The translations under genes and the position numbers were made by a program. From Blastocladiella emersonii ATCC 22665 (lineage: Eukaryota > Fungi > Blastocladiomycota): a stretch of 64,000 nucleotides of DNA. Where the stretch lies: the NCBI GenBank assembly GCA_025594325.1, contig JANHCV010000008.1, positions 744,001-808,000 on the forward strand. Reading direction: 5' to 3'. This document shows, piece after piece, positions 33,201-45,244 of this stretch. The notes under the pieces were generated by a model. It had not been told where the DNA came from. It saw only the letters and a list, made by a program, of their open reading frames with translations, and searched no databases. Position 1 is the first letter of the stretch. Each line of letters starts with the position of its first letter.

Positions 33201-36200
33201 CGGCGCCGGTGACGGCGCTCCACAGGGCCAGCGTCTTGGCGCGGTCGGCGTCCGACTGCATGCGCTGGAGGTACAGGACGTCGAGGAAGGCCGCGGGGTC
33301 CGCCGCGCCCGTCTTGGCCATGAGCTCGAGCCAGCGGAGCACGTCGCGGAGGTTGAACTCCCACGGCGACCCGGCCATGCCGAACTCGCGGGCGACCATG
33401 GTCTTGTGGTGGAGCTGCGAGTTGAACTCGAGCATCTGGCAGACGACGGCGTCGCCGGCCACGTTCGGGTGCATGTCGGCGACGATGGTCATGAGGTCGT
33501 GGTCGGTGAGGGGCATGACGTGGACCTGGGTGAACCGGTTGAGGAACGATTTGGGCAGGCCGCGGCGGCCGCCGCCCTCCTCGAGCGGGTTCTGCGCGCC
33601 GAAGATGCGGAAGTCGGCGTGCTTGTCGAAGCTGCGGTCGAGCTCGGGGAGGTACACGGACCCGCGGTGGTCGAGGCACGCGTTGAGGCCCTCGAGGACC
33701 GACTGCGACGCGAGGTTGAGCTCATCGAGCAGCACCCAGTCGCCGGCCTTCATGGCCGCGAGGAACGGGCCGTCGCGCCACGCAAACTCGCCGGCGGCGC
33801 CGCCCTCGACGGGCAGATCGCTGCCGAACAGGTCGATGAGGTCCGTCTGCTCGCTGAGGTTGATGCGGACGAGCGCGTGGCCCGACAGCTGCGCGAGCGC
33901 GGAGACGAGGGACGTCTTGCCGACGCCGGGGCTGCCCTCGAGGAGGATCGCCTTGGCGGGGATCTGCAGCGCGCGGAGGACGCGGAGGAGGTTCTCGCGC
34001 GACGTCGGCGCGTTGAGCGTGTGGCGGGCGGGCTTGACGGGGTGGCTGCCGTGGGCGATGGTGAAGGCGCCGATCCCGAACCGGCCGTCGGCGTCGACGA
34101 CGTCCGTCATGCTCTCGACGGCGGCACCAGTCCGCGCCTCGAGCTCCGCGAGGCACCGCGCGGCGAACGCGGGCGACTTGAGGCCGTCGAGGAGGACCAT
34201 GGCGCCGCCGTGCAGCACCGCGTTGTTGTGTCCGAGCTGCGGCGCGGACGCGAGGACGAACTCGGCCCACGCGATCAGGTCGCGCATCGAGATGACGCAC
34301 GCGACGTGATCGTGGCGGCACTGGTCCTTGAACCAGGTCACGTAGTCGAGGATGGTCGCGGCCGTGGCCGCGTCGCCGCGGAGCTTGGCGGCGACAATCT
34401 CGTGCAGGTCCGCGTAGTCGTCGACCTGGTCGGTCCAGATCTCGGTGAACCGGTTGCGGAGCGCGGGCGAGAGCTCCTTTTTCCCGTAGTCGCCGCCCGG
34501 GTTCATGGTGGCGAGGAACCGGAACGCGTCGACGGCCGTCACCTGCTCGACGTCGCCGCCCTTTTCGGCGATGAGCAGCGTGCGCGCGGGCTCGAGGATC
34601 GAGTTGAGCCGCTCGAGGACCGAGTCGTCGGCGAGCGAGATCTCGTCGAGGAGGAAGTAGTGCCCGTGCTTCATGGCCTGGATCAGCGGGCCGTCCTGCC
34701 ACTCGAACAGCTTCTCGTTCGCGGCACCCTCGGCGTCGTGGTCGCCGGCCGAACCGCGTGCGGGCCGCTGCGACCCGATGAAATCGGACGTCTCCGAGTG
34801 CTGGTGGCAGTTGACGATGACGAGGGGCGTGGCGAACAGCTGGGCGAGGACCTGGCACACGGTGGTCTTGCCGCACCCGGTCTCGCCGACGAGGAGCACG
34901 GGCTCGTGGTGCTGGATGCACGCGACCGTGAGGGCGAACAGCCGCTTCATCGTGTTGTTCCACACGACGGTATCGGGCAGCGCGCCGCGGAACTGGTCAA
35001 AGGTGCGGGCGTAGAGCGCGGGCGGGTCGATGACGATGCCCTTCTTCATGCCCTGCAGCACCTCGATGACGAGCTTGCGCTCGGCGGCGGACCGGACGCG
35101 CTCGCCCAAAATCATCCACCCGTTCTCGGCGAGCGCCTGGTACGTCTGGGCGGGGCGGTTGGCCCAGCGGAACAGGTCGCGGAGCGTGGCGAACGAGGCC
35201 TTGCCGTCGAACAGGCGCGACTCCATGCGGCGCTTGCGGAGCTCCTGGTACACGGCGATGATGGCCTTCGCGTACGACGGCGCGATCGCGCACCGGCCCG
35301 CGAGGATCGTGTGCAGCTCGTCGTCGGGGAGGTCGTCAAAGTGGAGCTCGAGGAACCGGTTGCGGAACGCGCGCGAGAGCACCTTGCGGCCGCCGTAGCT
35401 GGGCGGGTTCTGTGTCGCGAACAGCATGAAGTGCGGGTGCGGGCGGACGACCTGCTGGGTCTCGGGGATGAACAGCTCGCGGTTATCGTCGAGCAGGCGG
35501 TTGAGGGCCTCGAGGACGTCCGTGGGCGCGAGGTTGAGCTCGTCGAGCACGATCCAGTGGCCCTCCTTGAGCGCCGTCACCAGCGCGCCCTCCTTGAACA
35601 CGAGCTTGCCCGTGTCGTCCGACACGTAGCACCCGAGGTACTCCTGCAGGTCCGTGTGCTCGTGGTTGTTGATGCGCACAAACTGGTGGTGCGTGACGCG
35701 CGCCAGGTGCTCGATCATGCTGGTCTTGCCCGACGACGTCGGGCCCTGGATCAGCACCGGGTACTTGGCCGTCATCACCGACCGCGCCAGGTTGAGCAGG
35801 TTGCGGTGCACCGACGGCGTCAGGATGTACGCGGGCGGCTCGCCGGCGTACTCGTGCGGGCCGCGGCGGAGCCAGAACGACTCGAACTGCACGTAGTCGT
35901 CGGGGTTGGCCGGCGCCGGCGTCGGGTGCTTGAGCAGCTTGGCGTTGCCGCGCAGGAGCGTGGTGTGGATCACCTCGAGCATGGTGCGCTGCGAGGCGAG
36001 GTCGAGCAGCGTCAGGAACGTCATGGAGAAGCCCTCGAACAGCGCGCGGCGGAGGCCGAACATGGGCGCGACCGCCGCGACGAAACTCAGCGCGCGGGAC
36101 AGCGTGCGCAGCGAGAAGTGCGGGCGGGTCCCCGCGCCGTCGTACAGGCTCGACTCGGCGAGCCGCTTCGCGTCGAGGTAGAACTGGACGACGTCGCCGA

Positions 36201-39195
36201 CGACGTGCGGGTCGGCGTGCGCGAGCGTGGCGAGGTACGACCCGACGATCAGGGTGAGGTCGTCGAGGTAGTTGTCGGGCGACTCGACGTAGATCTCGGT
36301 GAACCGGTTGCGCAGGCCGATCGGCAGGTCGCGCTTGCCGACGTCGGTCGCCGGGTTCATGCATGCGAAGATGCGGAACTCGGGGTGCCGCGGGACCACC
36401 TCCTCGTCGCCGCGCTCCGTCAGGAGCAGCGACCCGTGCTCCTCGAGCAGACCCGACAGGGACTCGAGGGTCTCGGCGGACGCCAGGTTGACCTCGTCGA
36501 GCAGGACCCAGTCGCCCTTGCGGATCGCCGACACCAGCGTGCCCTCGACGAACGAGAAGAAGAGCTTGGCCGCGGACCCGAGCATTTTGCGGAGGTCGGC
36601 GACGCGGGCGCCGAACTCCTTCCAGTCCTGGCGGACCTGCGGCGGGATCGCCTTGGCACCCGCCGACGCGGCGTCGGCCTTGTCGAACCGGTCCTGGGCC
36701 ATCTTGAGCGCCTTCATGAACTGGACGACGAGCGGCTCGAACTTGGACTTGGCGTGGGCCTTGCGGACGGCGTCGAGGAACGCCTGGTTCTTCTTGACCG
36801 AGAAGGTGGCCGCAAACAGCGCGTAAAACTCCTCGACGAGCGGCGCCACGTGCGCGGCCATGGACGCGGGCTTGAACCCGCCCATGAGGTCCGACGACTC
36901 GGTCTGCTGCGACAGGTTGATGACGTGCAGCCGCTTGTGCAGGGTCCGGGCGAGGTGCTGGACGACGGTCGTCTTGCCGCACCCGGTCTCGCCGACGAGC
37001 AGGACGGGCTCGGTCATGGCGACGGCCACGGCAATGCGCTCGAGGAGCCGCTTCGCGTGGCCCGTCGTCGCGAACGGGTGGCGCGAGGACTTACGCCCCG
37101 CACCGCCGTGCGCGTGCGGCGGGAGCGGCAAGGCGACACGGCCGACGGCGAACGTGGTGTCGCCGAGGTGTAGCTCGGGCGCGTACTGGGTCGCAAAGTA
37201 GTCGCGTTTGGCCGCGGGCACGTCGAGGGCGTCGCACAGCACGCCGAGGACGCGGCGGCGCAGGTCGGCGTTCGGGATCATGCACACGAACACGTCGATG
37301 GCCTCCTTGAGCAGGGGCTCGATGACGTTCTCGTCGCGCGTCACGGCGTCGTAACCCAAGCCGGTGCCGGGCGCCACGAGCATCTGCGCGCGGTGGCACC
37401 ACTTGATCAGGTCGCGCGTCGACATGTACCGCCCGCCCGACTGGTACGACGAGCGGTACGTCGGGTCGTGGTAGAAGTGCGCGACCTGCTCGAACGCGGC
37501 GACGAGCAGGTCCGCGAGCGGCGCGAGCCGCGGGAACCGGCGCGCGAGCACGTGCAGGAGCTCGTCGCGGCCGAGCTGCGCGATGCGGACGTGGGTCCAG
37601 AGCGACGCGCCGAGGCCCTGCGCGGCCGACATGCGCGGGGCGAGGGTGAAGGGGTCGAGCGCAGTGGTCGCGAACAGCTGGAAGTTCGGGTGCGCGGCGA
37701 TCTCCTGCCCGCGCTGCGGCACGTACAGGGTACGCTTCTCGAGCAAGGGCACGAGCAGCGACACCACGTCCTTGGACGCCATGTCAATGTCCTCGAGGAC
37801 CAGCCAGTGGCCGTCCATGACGGCGCGCGTCAGGACGCCGCGCGACCACGCAAACTGGCCGGGCGTCGACGTCGCGACGTAGGTGCCGAGCAGCGTCTTG
37901 CCGTCCGACTGGTCGCCGAGGTGGATCTTGGTCAGGGTGGAGGCGCGGCCGAGGCGCGCGGCGAGGTCCTCGATCAGGCACGTCTTGCCCGAGCCCGTGA
38001 TGCCCTCGAGGAGGACGGGCGACCCGAGCGACGCGGCCATGGCGATGGCGCACATGTTGCGGCGCGTGGTCGGGGTCTCGACGAGCGTCGACACGCGGTC
38101 GGCGGCGGGCGCAGCGTCGGTCGGGAGCAGGATCCCGCACACGTCGACGACGTACGGCGACAGGTAGTCGGCGGTGACCGTCACGGGCTCGCCCGCCGCC
38201 TCAACCGCATGTGCGGGGGCGGGCGCGGCGAGCTCGTCCTGGAGTGCGCGGACGACGGCGAGCTCCTCGAGCGCGAAAAACGCGTCGGTCTCGGACACGC
38301 GGCGGACGATCGCCGCGCGCTCGGCGTCGGCGACCGCAAAGTACTCGGCGAGGATATGCGCGACGATCACGCGCGACCGGGGCGCGAGGACGGGCGCGTC
38401 GACGAGCGCGTGCAGCGGGTGCAGGTTCCACGTCCCGCGAACGGCGGGGACGTGAGCGAGCAGGCGGTGGGTGGCGAGGAGGACGGCCTCGATGTTGGCG
38501 TGCTCGGCGGGGGTGAGGGTGTTGGGGTTAGGGGAGTCGCCGTTCAGGAGGTGCAGGGCGAGGCGGTCGGTCGGCGGCGGGTGCGCGGCAAAGTAGCGGG
38601 CGACGAACAGGCGGGACTGCGGGGCGATCAGGACGATGGTCGCGAGCGCGATGCACGTCGACTCGTGCGTTGAGAGGGTGGCGAGGGAGGTCGGCGGCGC
38701 GGTGTCGATGTCCACGTCCATGGCTAGACGGAAGACCGAATTCGGGGATCAGCGACAAGATCTGTGCGCGCGCGGCGAAGGGTGCGTACCGTTGGCATCC
38801 TCAGATGCATCTCCACTAAAGCTCCGGCGGCGTTTGCCGGGAGCCGACTTGGCGGGGCTGCGCGAGAGCGACTCGGTCTGCGGGGAAGCGTGCACAATGC
38901 GTGCGACGAGGTCGAGGAGGAGCGGGCGGCACGCGGCGACGACGGCGCGGGTGAAGCGCGGGTCGGCGAGCACGGCGGCGAGCGCGGTGAGCGCGGCCTC
39001 CTTGGCGTGGCGGTCGAGCGACGGTGTTGGCTCGGACTCGGGGAAGAGGGAAGCGAGGGTGGAGAGGGCGTCATGGCCGCGGTTGCTGGTGACGGCGATG
39101 GCCGCCGCGGGGCCGCTGGCCGTTACCCCCGAAGCGGCGGCGAGGACGGCGCGGACGGGGCCCCGCAGGTCGAAGCAAAAGTCGACAATCTCCAT
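30289..39195 (-). CDS. MDN1: Midasin / Rea1 AAA+ ATPase, C-terminally truncated (~2945 aa, no D/E-rich tract or MIDAS domain)
   Basis: Six Walker A motifs in order (GITGSGKT, GETGCGKT, GPTSSGKT, GETGCGKT, GSPGVGKT, GPSGSGKT) with W...DE+N Walker B and RNRF/LNRF motifs. Exon 1 39195-38790 (MEIVDFCFDLR...) splices in frame through intron 38789..38724 to the 2810-aa ORF. Confidence 0.95.
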
Positions 39196-39535
39196 GGTCG
39201 CTGCTACGCTACGCTGCGAACGGAGCGGGGCGTCAGGGACCAGCGGGAGGGAGAATCGGACTATAGTCGGGGAGACGCACGGCGCGTGAAGGGAAGGCGG
39301 AGCGGTCAGCGCGTGTGTCTCGTCGGGTCGGCGTGTCGTTGCGCTGTGCTGCATGCGAGAATGGTCATACCAGCCGGCGTCACGATGGCAGGGCTCGAGC
39401 ATCCTCGGGGACAGGGGACCGGGTGCGACGCGGCGCGGCGCGGACATGTGACGGCGTGTGATGCGTTGCTACGCCGCCGCTCAGCCTCTCGGCCCTTTCC
39501 CTGACCCTCACACGCAGCCAATATCCCGTTCCCGT

Positions 39536-40540
39536 TCACAAATCATAGGTGTATAGTGGGGCAGCGAGAACGACGAGGGAGGGACAGAATATCGACAGGA
39601 CGGCGAACTCGGCGCGCGTGCGCACGCTCGTTCCAGGGCTTGCGCTTGGTCTACACGGGTGAGGGAGAAGGATGAGATCGGGCCGCTCAGGCAGCGGCGA
39701 GTCCCGCAGTAGCGATCGTACGCGGACGGCCTCGGCGTTGCGGAACTGTTTGAGCGCCTCGAGGGCCGATCGCGGACTGGAACTCGCGGGCCAGCGGCCA
39801 CGGCCACGGCCACGATGCACTTGAGCCCAACCGGGCGCACACCGCGGCTGTCCCGACGCCTTGTTAGCCGGCGCCCGTGTCAGCGTTGTCAATTGGCCCG
39901 CGAGCAACACGACCTGCGCGACCACGGTGCGCGGCGACGGCGGCTCGCGGCGCGGGAGCTCGGCCTCAATGGCGGCCTGGACCGCCGTGTCCGCGGCGTC
40001 GGCGGCGCGGCGATGCTGCTCCTGCTCGAGCGTCTCGGGCGTGTGCTCGGGCAGCTCGGCGTGCACGAGCGCCTTGTACTGGCCCACGTCGCCCTTGAGC
40101 ACGACGAGCGCCATGAGCCGGTGCAGCGTGTCGGGGCGCACGAGCTGCTCGGCGATCCGCGCCGCCGCCCGTCGCGACGGCCTGGTCGAGCGTCGGCCCG
40201 CCCGCGATGAGGCCGCCGATCGGGTCCTGCGCTGGCCGCCGTTCGGCTGCGGGCACCGAGACGCCGAGGAGCGAGGTGTTCTTGGTCTTGACGGACGCGC
40301 GGACGCGCGGACGCCGCCGCCGACGAGCTCGTCGACGCAGCCGGGCGGGTGGTCGGGACACGACGTGTAGTGCGGCGACTGCGAGTCGACGGCGCCGCAC
40401 GTGCACTTGTCACCGGTGCACGAACCGCGTCGGGTACAGCGCGCGCAGCGAGAAAAAGGGCGCGACGTAGTCCATGGTGATGAGCAGCGCGTGCAGCTCG
40501 CTGCGCGTCGACGGGTGCGGCCCAGGCGGCAACGGCGCAA
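39536..40540 (-). pseudogene. Degenerate unknown gene
   Basis: Coding-like segments (LLITMDYVAPFFSLRALYPTRF; LVRPDTLHRLMALVVLKGDVGQYKALVHAELPEH) lie in different frames. No family recognised. Confidence 0.3.
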
Positions 40541-41002
40541 ACAGCATGGTGCGTGACGGTTGGCGACTCGGGGCCGGGCGGCCTGATGTTGCCAAAGGCC
40601 TGGCGGGCAGAATGCAGCAAGTCAAGGAGATCGATTCATGGGGGAGAGGCGCAGATGGTGGAGCGACGGGGGAAGGCGGCGAGAGGGGCGGAGCGGCGCC
40701 ACCGAGCCCCCCTGGCCTGCCCCCTGGCGGCGGCGCGGGCGAAGATGGGCCCGTGCGCGCACGTGGTGGCGCGGCGCGTCGAGTGGCGCGTCGCGTCGCG
40801 TGGCGGGGAAGCGGGCGGCGCGAGACATCACGCGGAGAAGGCGTGACGGCGCCACCGCGGCGAAGTGCGCCCACATGGTCCAGTCGGGCGGGCGGAGCGT
40901 GCAAACGGCTCGTCCGACCCGACCCGCCCTGGTGCAGCACATAGGCCGAGCGCCCCCGCCGCCGGTCCGCGCTCTTGCGCCCCTGTCCCGCACTCTGCCA
41001 TC

Positions 41003-43021
41003 CATGTCGTCGTCGTCGCCGTCACCGAGCGCCGACTGCGCCGTCGTCATCAATGACTTCCAGTGGCTGCCTGGCAAGAAGCCAACGGATCCGGACTGCT
41101 GCAAGTGGCCTGATAACAATTGCGATGCGAGTGGCCGCTTGATGGAACTGTGCGTCTCGCGGTGCAAGGATGGGCCCTCGGGATCGGACTTATGCTAGAC
41201 TTGTGTAGGTACCTGTCTGGCAACCAGCTCAACGGCTCGATTCCCACCTCGATTGAGAAGCTGGTGAACCTCCAATATCTGTACGTTGCCACTCGACCAC
41301 GCCTTGACTGCACCACTACACGTAGCTGACTGTGCGCTCGGTTTGTTGTAGGTACCTGTCTGGCAACCAGCTCAACGGCTCGATTCCCACCTCGATTGAG
41401 AAGCTGGTGAACCTCCAATATCTGTACGTTGCCACTCGACCACGCCTTGACTGCACCACTACACGTAGCTGACTGTGCGCTCGGTTTGTTGTAGGTACCT
41501 GTACAACAACCAACTCAGCGGCTCGATTCCCAGTTCGATTGAGAAGCTGGTGAACCTCCAATATCTGTACGTCGCCACCCTACCACGCCTTGACTGCACC
41601 ACCACACGTGGCTGACTGTGTGCTCGGTTTGTTGTAGGTCCCTGTACAACAACCAACTCAGCGACTCGATTCCCAGTTCGATTGAGAAACTGGTGAACCT
41701 CCGATATCTGTACGTTGCCACTCGACCACGCCTTGACTGCACCACTACACGTAGCTGACTGTGCGCTCGGTTTGTGTAGGTACCTGTACAACAACCAACT
41801 CAGCGGCTCGATTCCCAGTTCGATTGAGAAGCTGGTGAACCTCCACGATCTGTACGTCGCCACCCTACCACGCCTTGACTGCACCACCACACGTGGCTGA
41901 CTGTGTGCTTGGTTTGTGTAGGTACCTGTACAACAACACACTCAGCGACTCGATTCCCACCTCGATTGAGAAGCTGGTGAAACTCCAAACTCTGTACGTT
42001 GCCACTCGACCACGCCTTGACTGCACCACTACACGTAGCTGACTGTGTGCTCGGTTTGTTGTAGGTCCCTGTACAACAACCAACTCAGCGGCTCGATTCC
42101 CAGTTCGATTGAGAAGCTGGTGAACCTCCACGATCTGTACGTCGCCACCCTACCACGCCTTGACTGCACCACCACACGTGGCTGACTGTGTGCTTGGTTT
42201 GTGTAGGTACCTGTACAACAACACACTCAGCGACTCGATTCCCACCTCGATTGAGAAGCTGGTGAAACTCCAAACTCTGTACGTTGCCACTCGACCACGC
42301 CTTGACTGCACCACTACACGTAGCTGACTGTGTGCTCGGTTTGTTGTAGGTCCCTGTACAACAACCAACTCAGCGGCTCGATTCCCAGTTCGATTGAGAA
42401 GCTGGGGAACCTCCAATATCTGTACGTTGCCACTCGACCACGCCTTGACTGCACCACCACACGTTGCTGACTGTGCGCTGGATTTGTGTAGGGGCCTGTC
42501 CAACAACCAGCTCAGCGGCCCGCTTCCCCAGCTCCCTCCTACCCTGTACGTGCTTCTCCCACCTTGCTCCACAGGACCTCTAACTCAGCAAGTTGCGTAG
42601 GGCCTCGTGCAATATCCTGTATGGAGAGTCCGAGCAGAACAAGTTTACCTGCTTTGCAGGTTCAACGCGCGAAGGAAGGTGCTTTGAGAAGGACAACGCT
42701 GCTCTGAAAAACCTTCCCGTTTGCCCCACCCCTACCCCCACCACTTCACCTTCTCCCATCCCCACGTCCCTGCTTCCCCTCTTCCTTGGCATCGCGATCC
42801 CCATTGCGCTCCTGCTCGCTACTGCCGCATTCCTCCTTGGCCGCCGCCGCCGCCACCGCTCGCCTCCCACGGTCCAGGACAAGCCTGCTCCGCGCCCCGC
42901 TTCGCTTGAGTCTGCGCCTGAGGAGCTGTATCTCCCGCCTGCCCTGTCGCCGCCCAAGCGCGAGAGCGACAACGACAGCATCCTGTACCTGCCCACCACG
43001 TCCGCGTCCGCATCCAAGTAG
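41003..43021 (+). CDS. Plant-type LRR receptor-like protein (Cys cap, 9.75 LRR exons, TM helix, short tail, no kinase)
   Basis: Cap DC..W....DCC.W..NC..GR..L. 72-nt exons at 41209, 41352, 41495, 41638, 41780, 41922, 42065, 42207 and 42350 plus a 54-nt exon at 42492, each LxLxxNxLxGxIPxxxxxLxxL with GT-AG introns in phase. Last exon from 42601 has TM LLPLFLGIAIPIALLLATAAFLLG then RRRR. No clear signal peptide; start uncertain. Confidence 0.88.
41209..42545 (+). repeat. 142-143 bp exon+intron tandem repeat
   Basis: Ten units; introns are as similar to one another as the exons are. Confidence 0.95.
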
Positions 43022-43159
43022 GCGGTTTGGGCTTTCAATTTTGTGTGTGTAATCCCCGCATCGATTCCCCCCATAAAGTCGACGCGTTTGTGTCCTCGCG
43101 ACGTGTGTTGATCCCAGTCTCTGCTGCTCTTGTGATGTGAGGTCATCGATCACGCGAGC

Positions 43160-43669
43160 GTCTCGTTGAGCGTGGGCAAGCGGTGCTGTTGAAGAGTATC
43201 TCGCGCGACTCAACAAGCGCGTGGCACGCGCCAGCCGCACCGAGGTCGAGGCGATCACGCTGTAGCAGCTCGCGCCAACCTTGGTCGAAACGGTTGTCGT
43301 TCTTGTACAATCTCCATCGCACCGCTCCGCACTCGCGTCGCACCGCTCCACACTCGCGTCTCGCTTACTGAAACCCGTTGCGTTTGCCGTGTAGGCGAGC
43401 GGCAGCGTCGCGACTCATTTCGGCGTCACGATGTCTGGCCGCCCAAAGCTTGGCCAACTGTATCAGGAAGCAATGGACGCCCTTCACAGCGCGGACGGCA
43501 CGTTTGGCACGCAGTTCTCGGACGACGCATGCGCTCTCGTCGAGAGCCTGCGTTGCCGCTCGACCAGGCATGGTGCAGCGGAGGCCCAACCCTCCGCGTC
43601 GCGCCGCGTCCCTCGCGATGCTCAAACAGGGCTTTTGTGCACTCTGTACAAAAAGCGCGAGGACTGATG
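43160..43669 (+). pseudogene. Family X copy g (exons 4-5 only)
   Basis: AVEEYLARLNKRVARASRTEVEAITL*QLAPTL (stop where a paralog has CAG) and LYQEAMDALHSADGTFGTQFSDDACALVESL..PRDAQTGL. Confidence 0.6.
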
Positions 43670-43883
43670 AATATTCCTTATGTCTTGCGCCGCGTTCATT
43701 GATAAATCGTGGTCGACGCAGCCCATTCCATGGCCGTGGCTCCGCGGATACTCTGAGACTAATCACGCCCCCCATCGACTGGGCGGACTCGTGTTGCGCC
43801 ACAACGTGATCGAGGCGAGCGAGCGAAGACGAAACGCGGTCACCGCGACTCGCGACGCACCTTTGAGGCTCATGAACGCAAAA

Positions 43884-45041
43884 ATGGCATCGGATGAAAA
43901 CGACTCCCTGCAACATGTTCCGCTCAAGCAACTCAGCCTAGTGGACGATCGCCCCGAGGAAGCTGGGATGCTGCCGCAGGCGCCCGCTGCGCCGCTGTCA
44001 CCTCGACCAGCTGCGGAGCGACCGCTTCAGTTGCTCGACCTCCCGCAAGACGTTCTCGCGAGAATTCTACACGCAGTCATCGAGAATGTGGGTCCGGGTG
44101 CTTTTCGAGCCTTTGCAACGGCCAACCGGACGCTTCATTCGTTTGCGCGCTCTGATCCAGCCTTATACTCTCCATGCGTTCATTTGGTTGTCTCGCCGGC
44201 GTACGGCGCTGCGAATCCCAACCTTTCGATTGAAACGTTCGTTCCTGCGATTTTCACAACCGTTCTCGCGTTCCTGCGCACGCTTGCCAACACGCCTGGG
44301 CTATCCTGCATGCCGTTTAATCTCACTCTCCTGTCGCAGCCTGCCCAGTGCCAGCCGCCGTTGAGCGACGGAGACAGCTCATCGACCCTCTACACTCTTA
44401 TCGACTGGATCCGAAAGACACTTGGGACGCGGCGCCTCACGGTTGACCTGTCGCACGCCGACCCGTACCGCTTGCACCCGTTCCTCGCCGAGCTCGTCCG
44501 GCGGTTCCTGAACTGGCGTGAGAGTACGTGCCACTACGCGTCGTCCAAATCCCGCACGAGCTAACTCATCGCCCGTTGCACCCTGGCAGTAAGCGGCATC
44601 GACGCCATTGACGCCTACCTCGAGCGCGTGAGCCAGCGCATGGCGCAGACGCGCGGGCGCGAGGTCAAACCCGCCACGCTCCGCCAGCTTGCGCCGCTCC
44701 TTGTCGTGACTGTCGCCACCATTGTACGATCTGATCTTCGCCGAACATCGCTTCCGGACTATTCCGACCAATCCCAATTACGGTAGATGAACGTTGGCGT
44801 CGTCGCACATCTCAGCGCCGCGTGCGCCCACCGCGCGCCCCTCCAGCACCTGTACAACGCGATCGTCGCTGCCCTCCACGACCAAAATGGCATGTTCGGG
44901 AACCAGTTTGCCAAGGACGCGTGCGCGCTTATCGATAAGCTGCGCAACTCGACACCCAAGCCGAGCGGAAGTATTGGTGACGTGCCCCGCGACGCGCACT
45001 CGGGGCTGCCGCTCGCCATGTTCATTGAGCGCGACGAGTAA
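43884..45041 (+). CDS. F-box protein with the family X C-terminal domain (copy c, 3 exons, apparently intact)
   Basis: LQLLDLPQDVLARILHAV; LHPFLAELVRRFLNWRE, intron, ISGIDAIDAYLERV..TLRQLAPLLVVTVATI, intron, MNVG..LYNAIVAALHDQNGMFGNQFAKDACALIDKL..PRDAHSGLPLAMF. Splices are in frame. Confidence 0.75.
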
Positions 45042-45244
45042 GTGCTAGACTCGCTTCTTTAGCGCTCGCATGTATTCAATACCACCCTGATTGTTCTCTT
45101 CGGACGTGATGTGGACAGGCAAGAAAAACGATTGACTTGAACCACGCGTTGCGCCACTCATGTGGGCAAACGCAGATCCGTTTCACTCTGCCCGCGCGCT
45201 GCAGTCTTCTCTCCCGTTAACAGATCACCTTACATAAAGTCTCC

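Noticed and set aside
30123-38673. Very long antisense and alternate-frame ORFs over midasin (e.g. 30292-37173, 2293 aa) and over the 14542-19501 gene
   Set aside because: Expected shadows of G/C-ending codon bias, which removes stops from other frames. Translations are Arg/Gly/Ala-rich with no motifs.
41209-42545. CRISPR-like regular repeat
   Set aside because: Both parts of each unit repeat, there are no unique spacers, and units are GT-AG introns plus LRR-coding exons in a eukaryotic gene.
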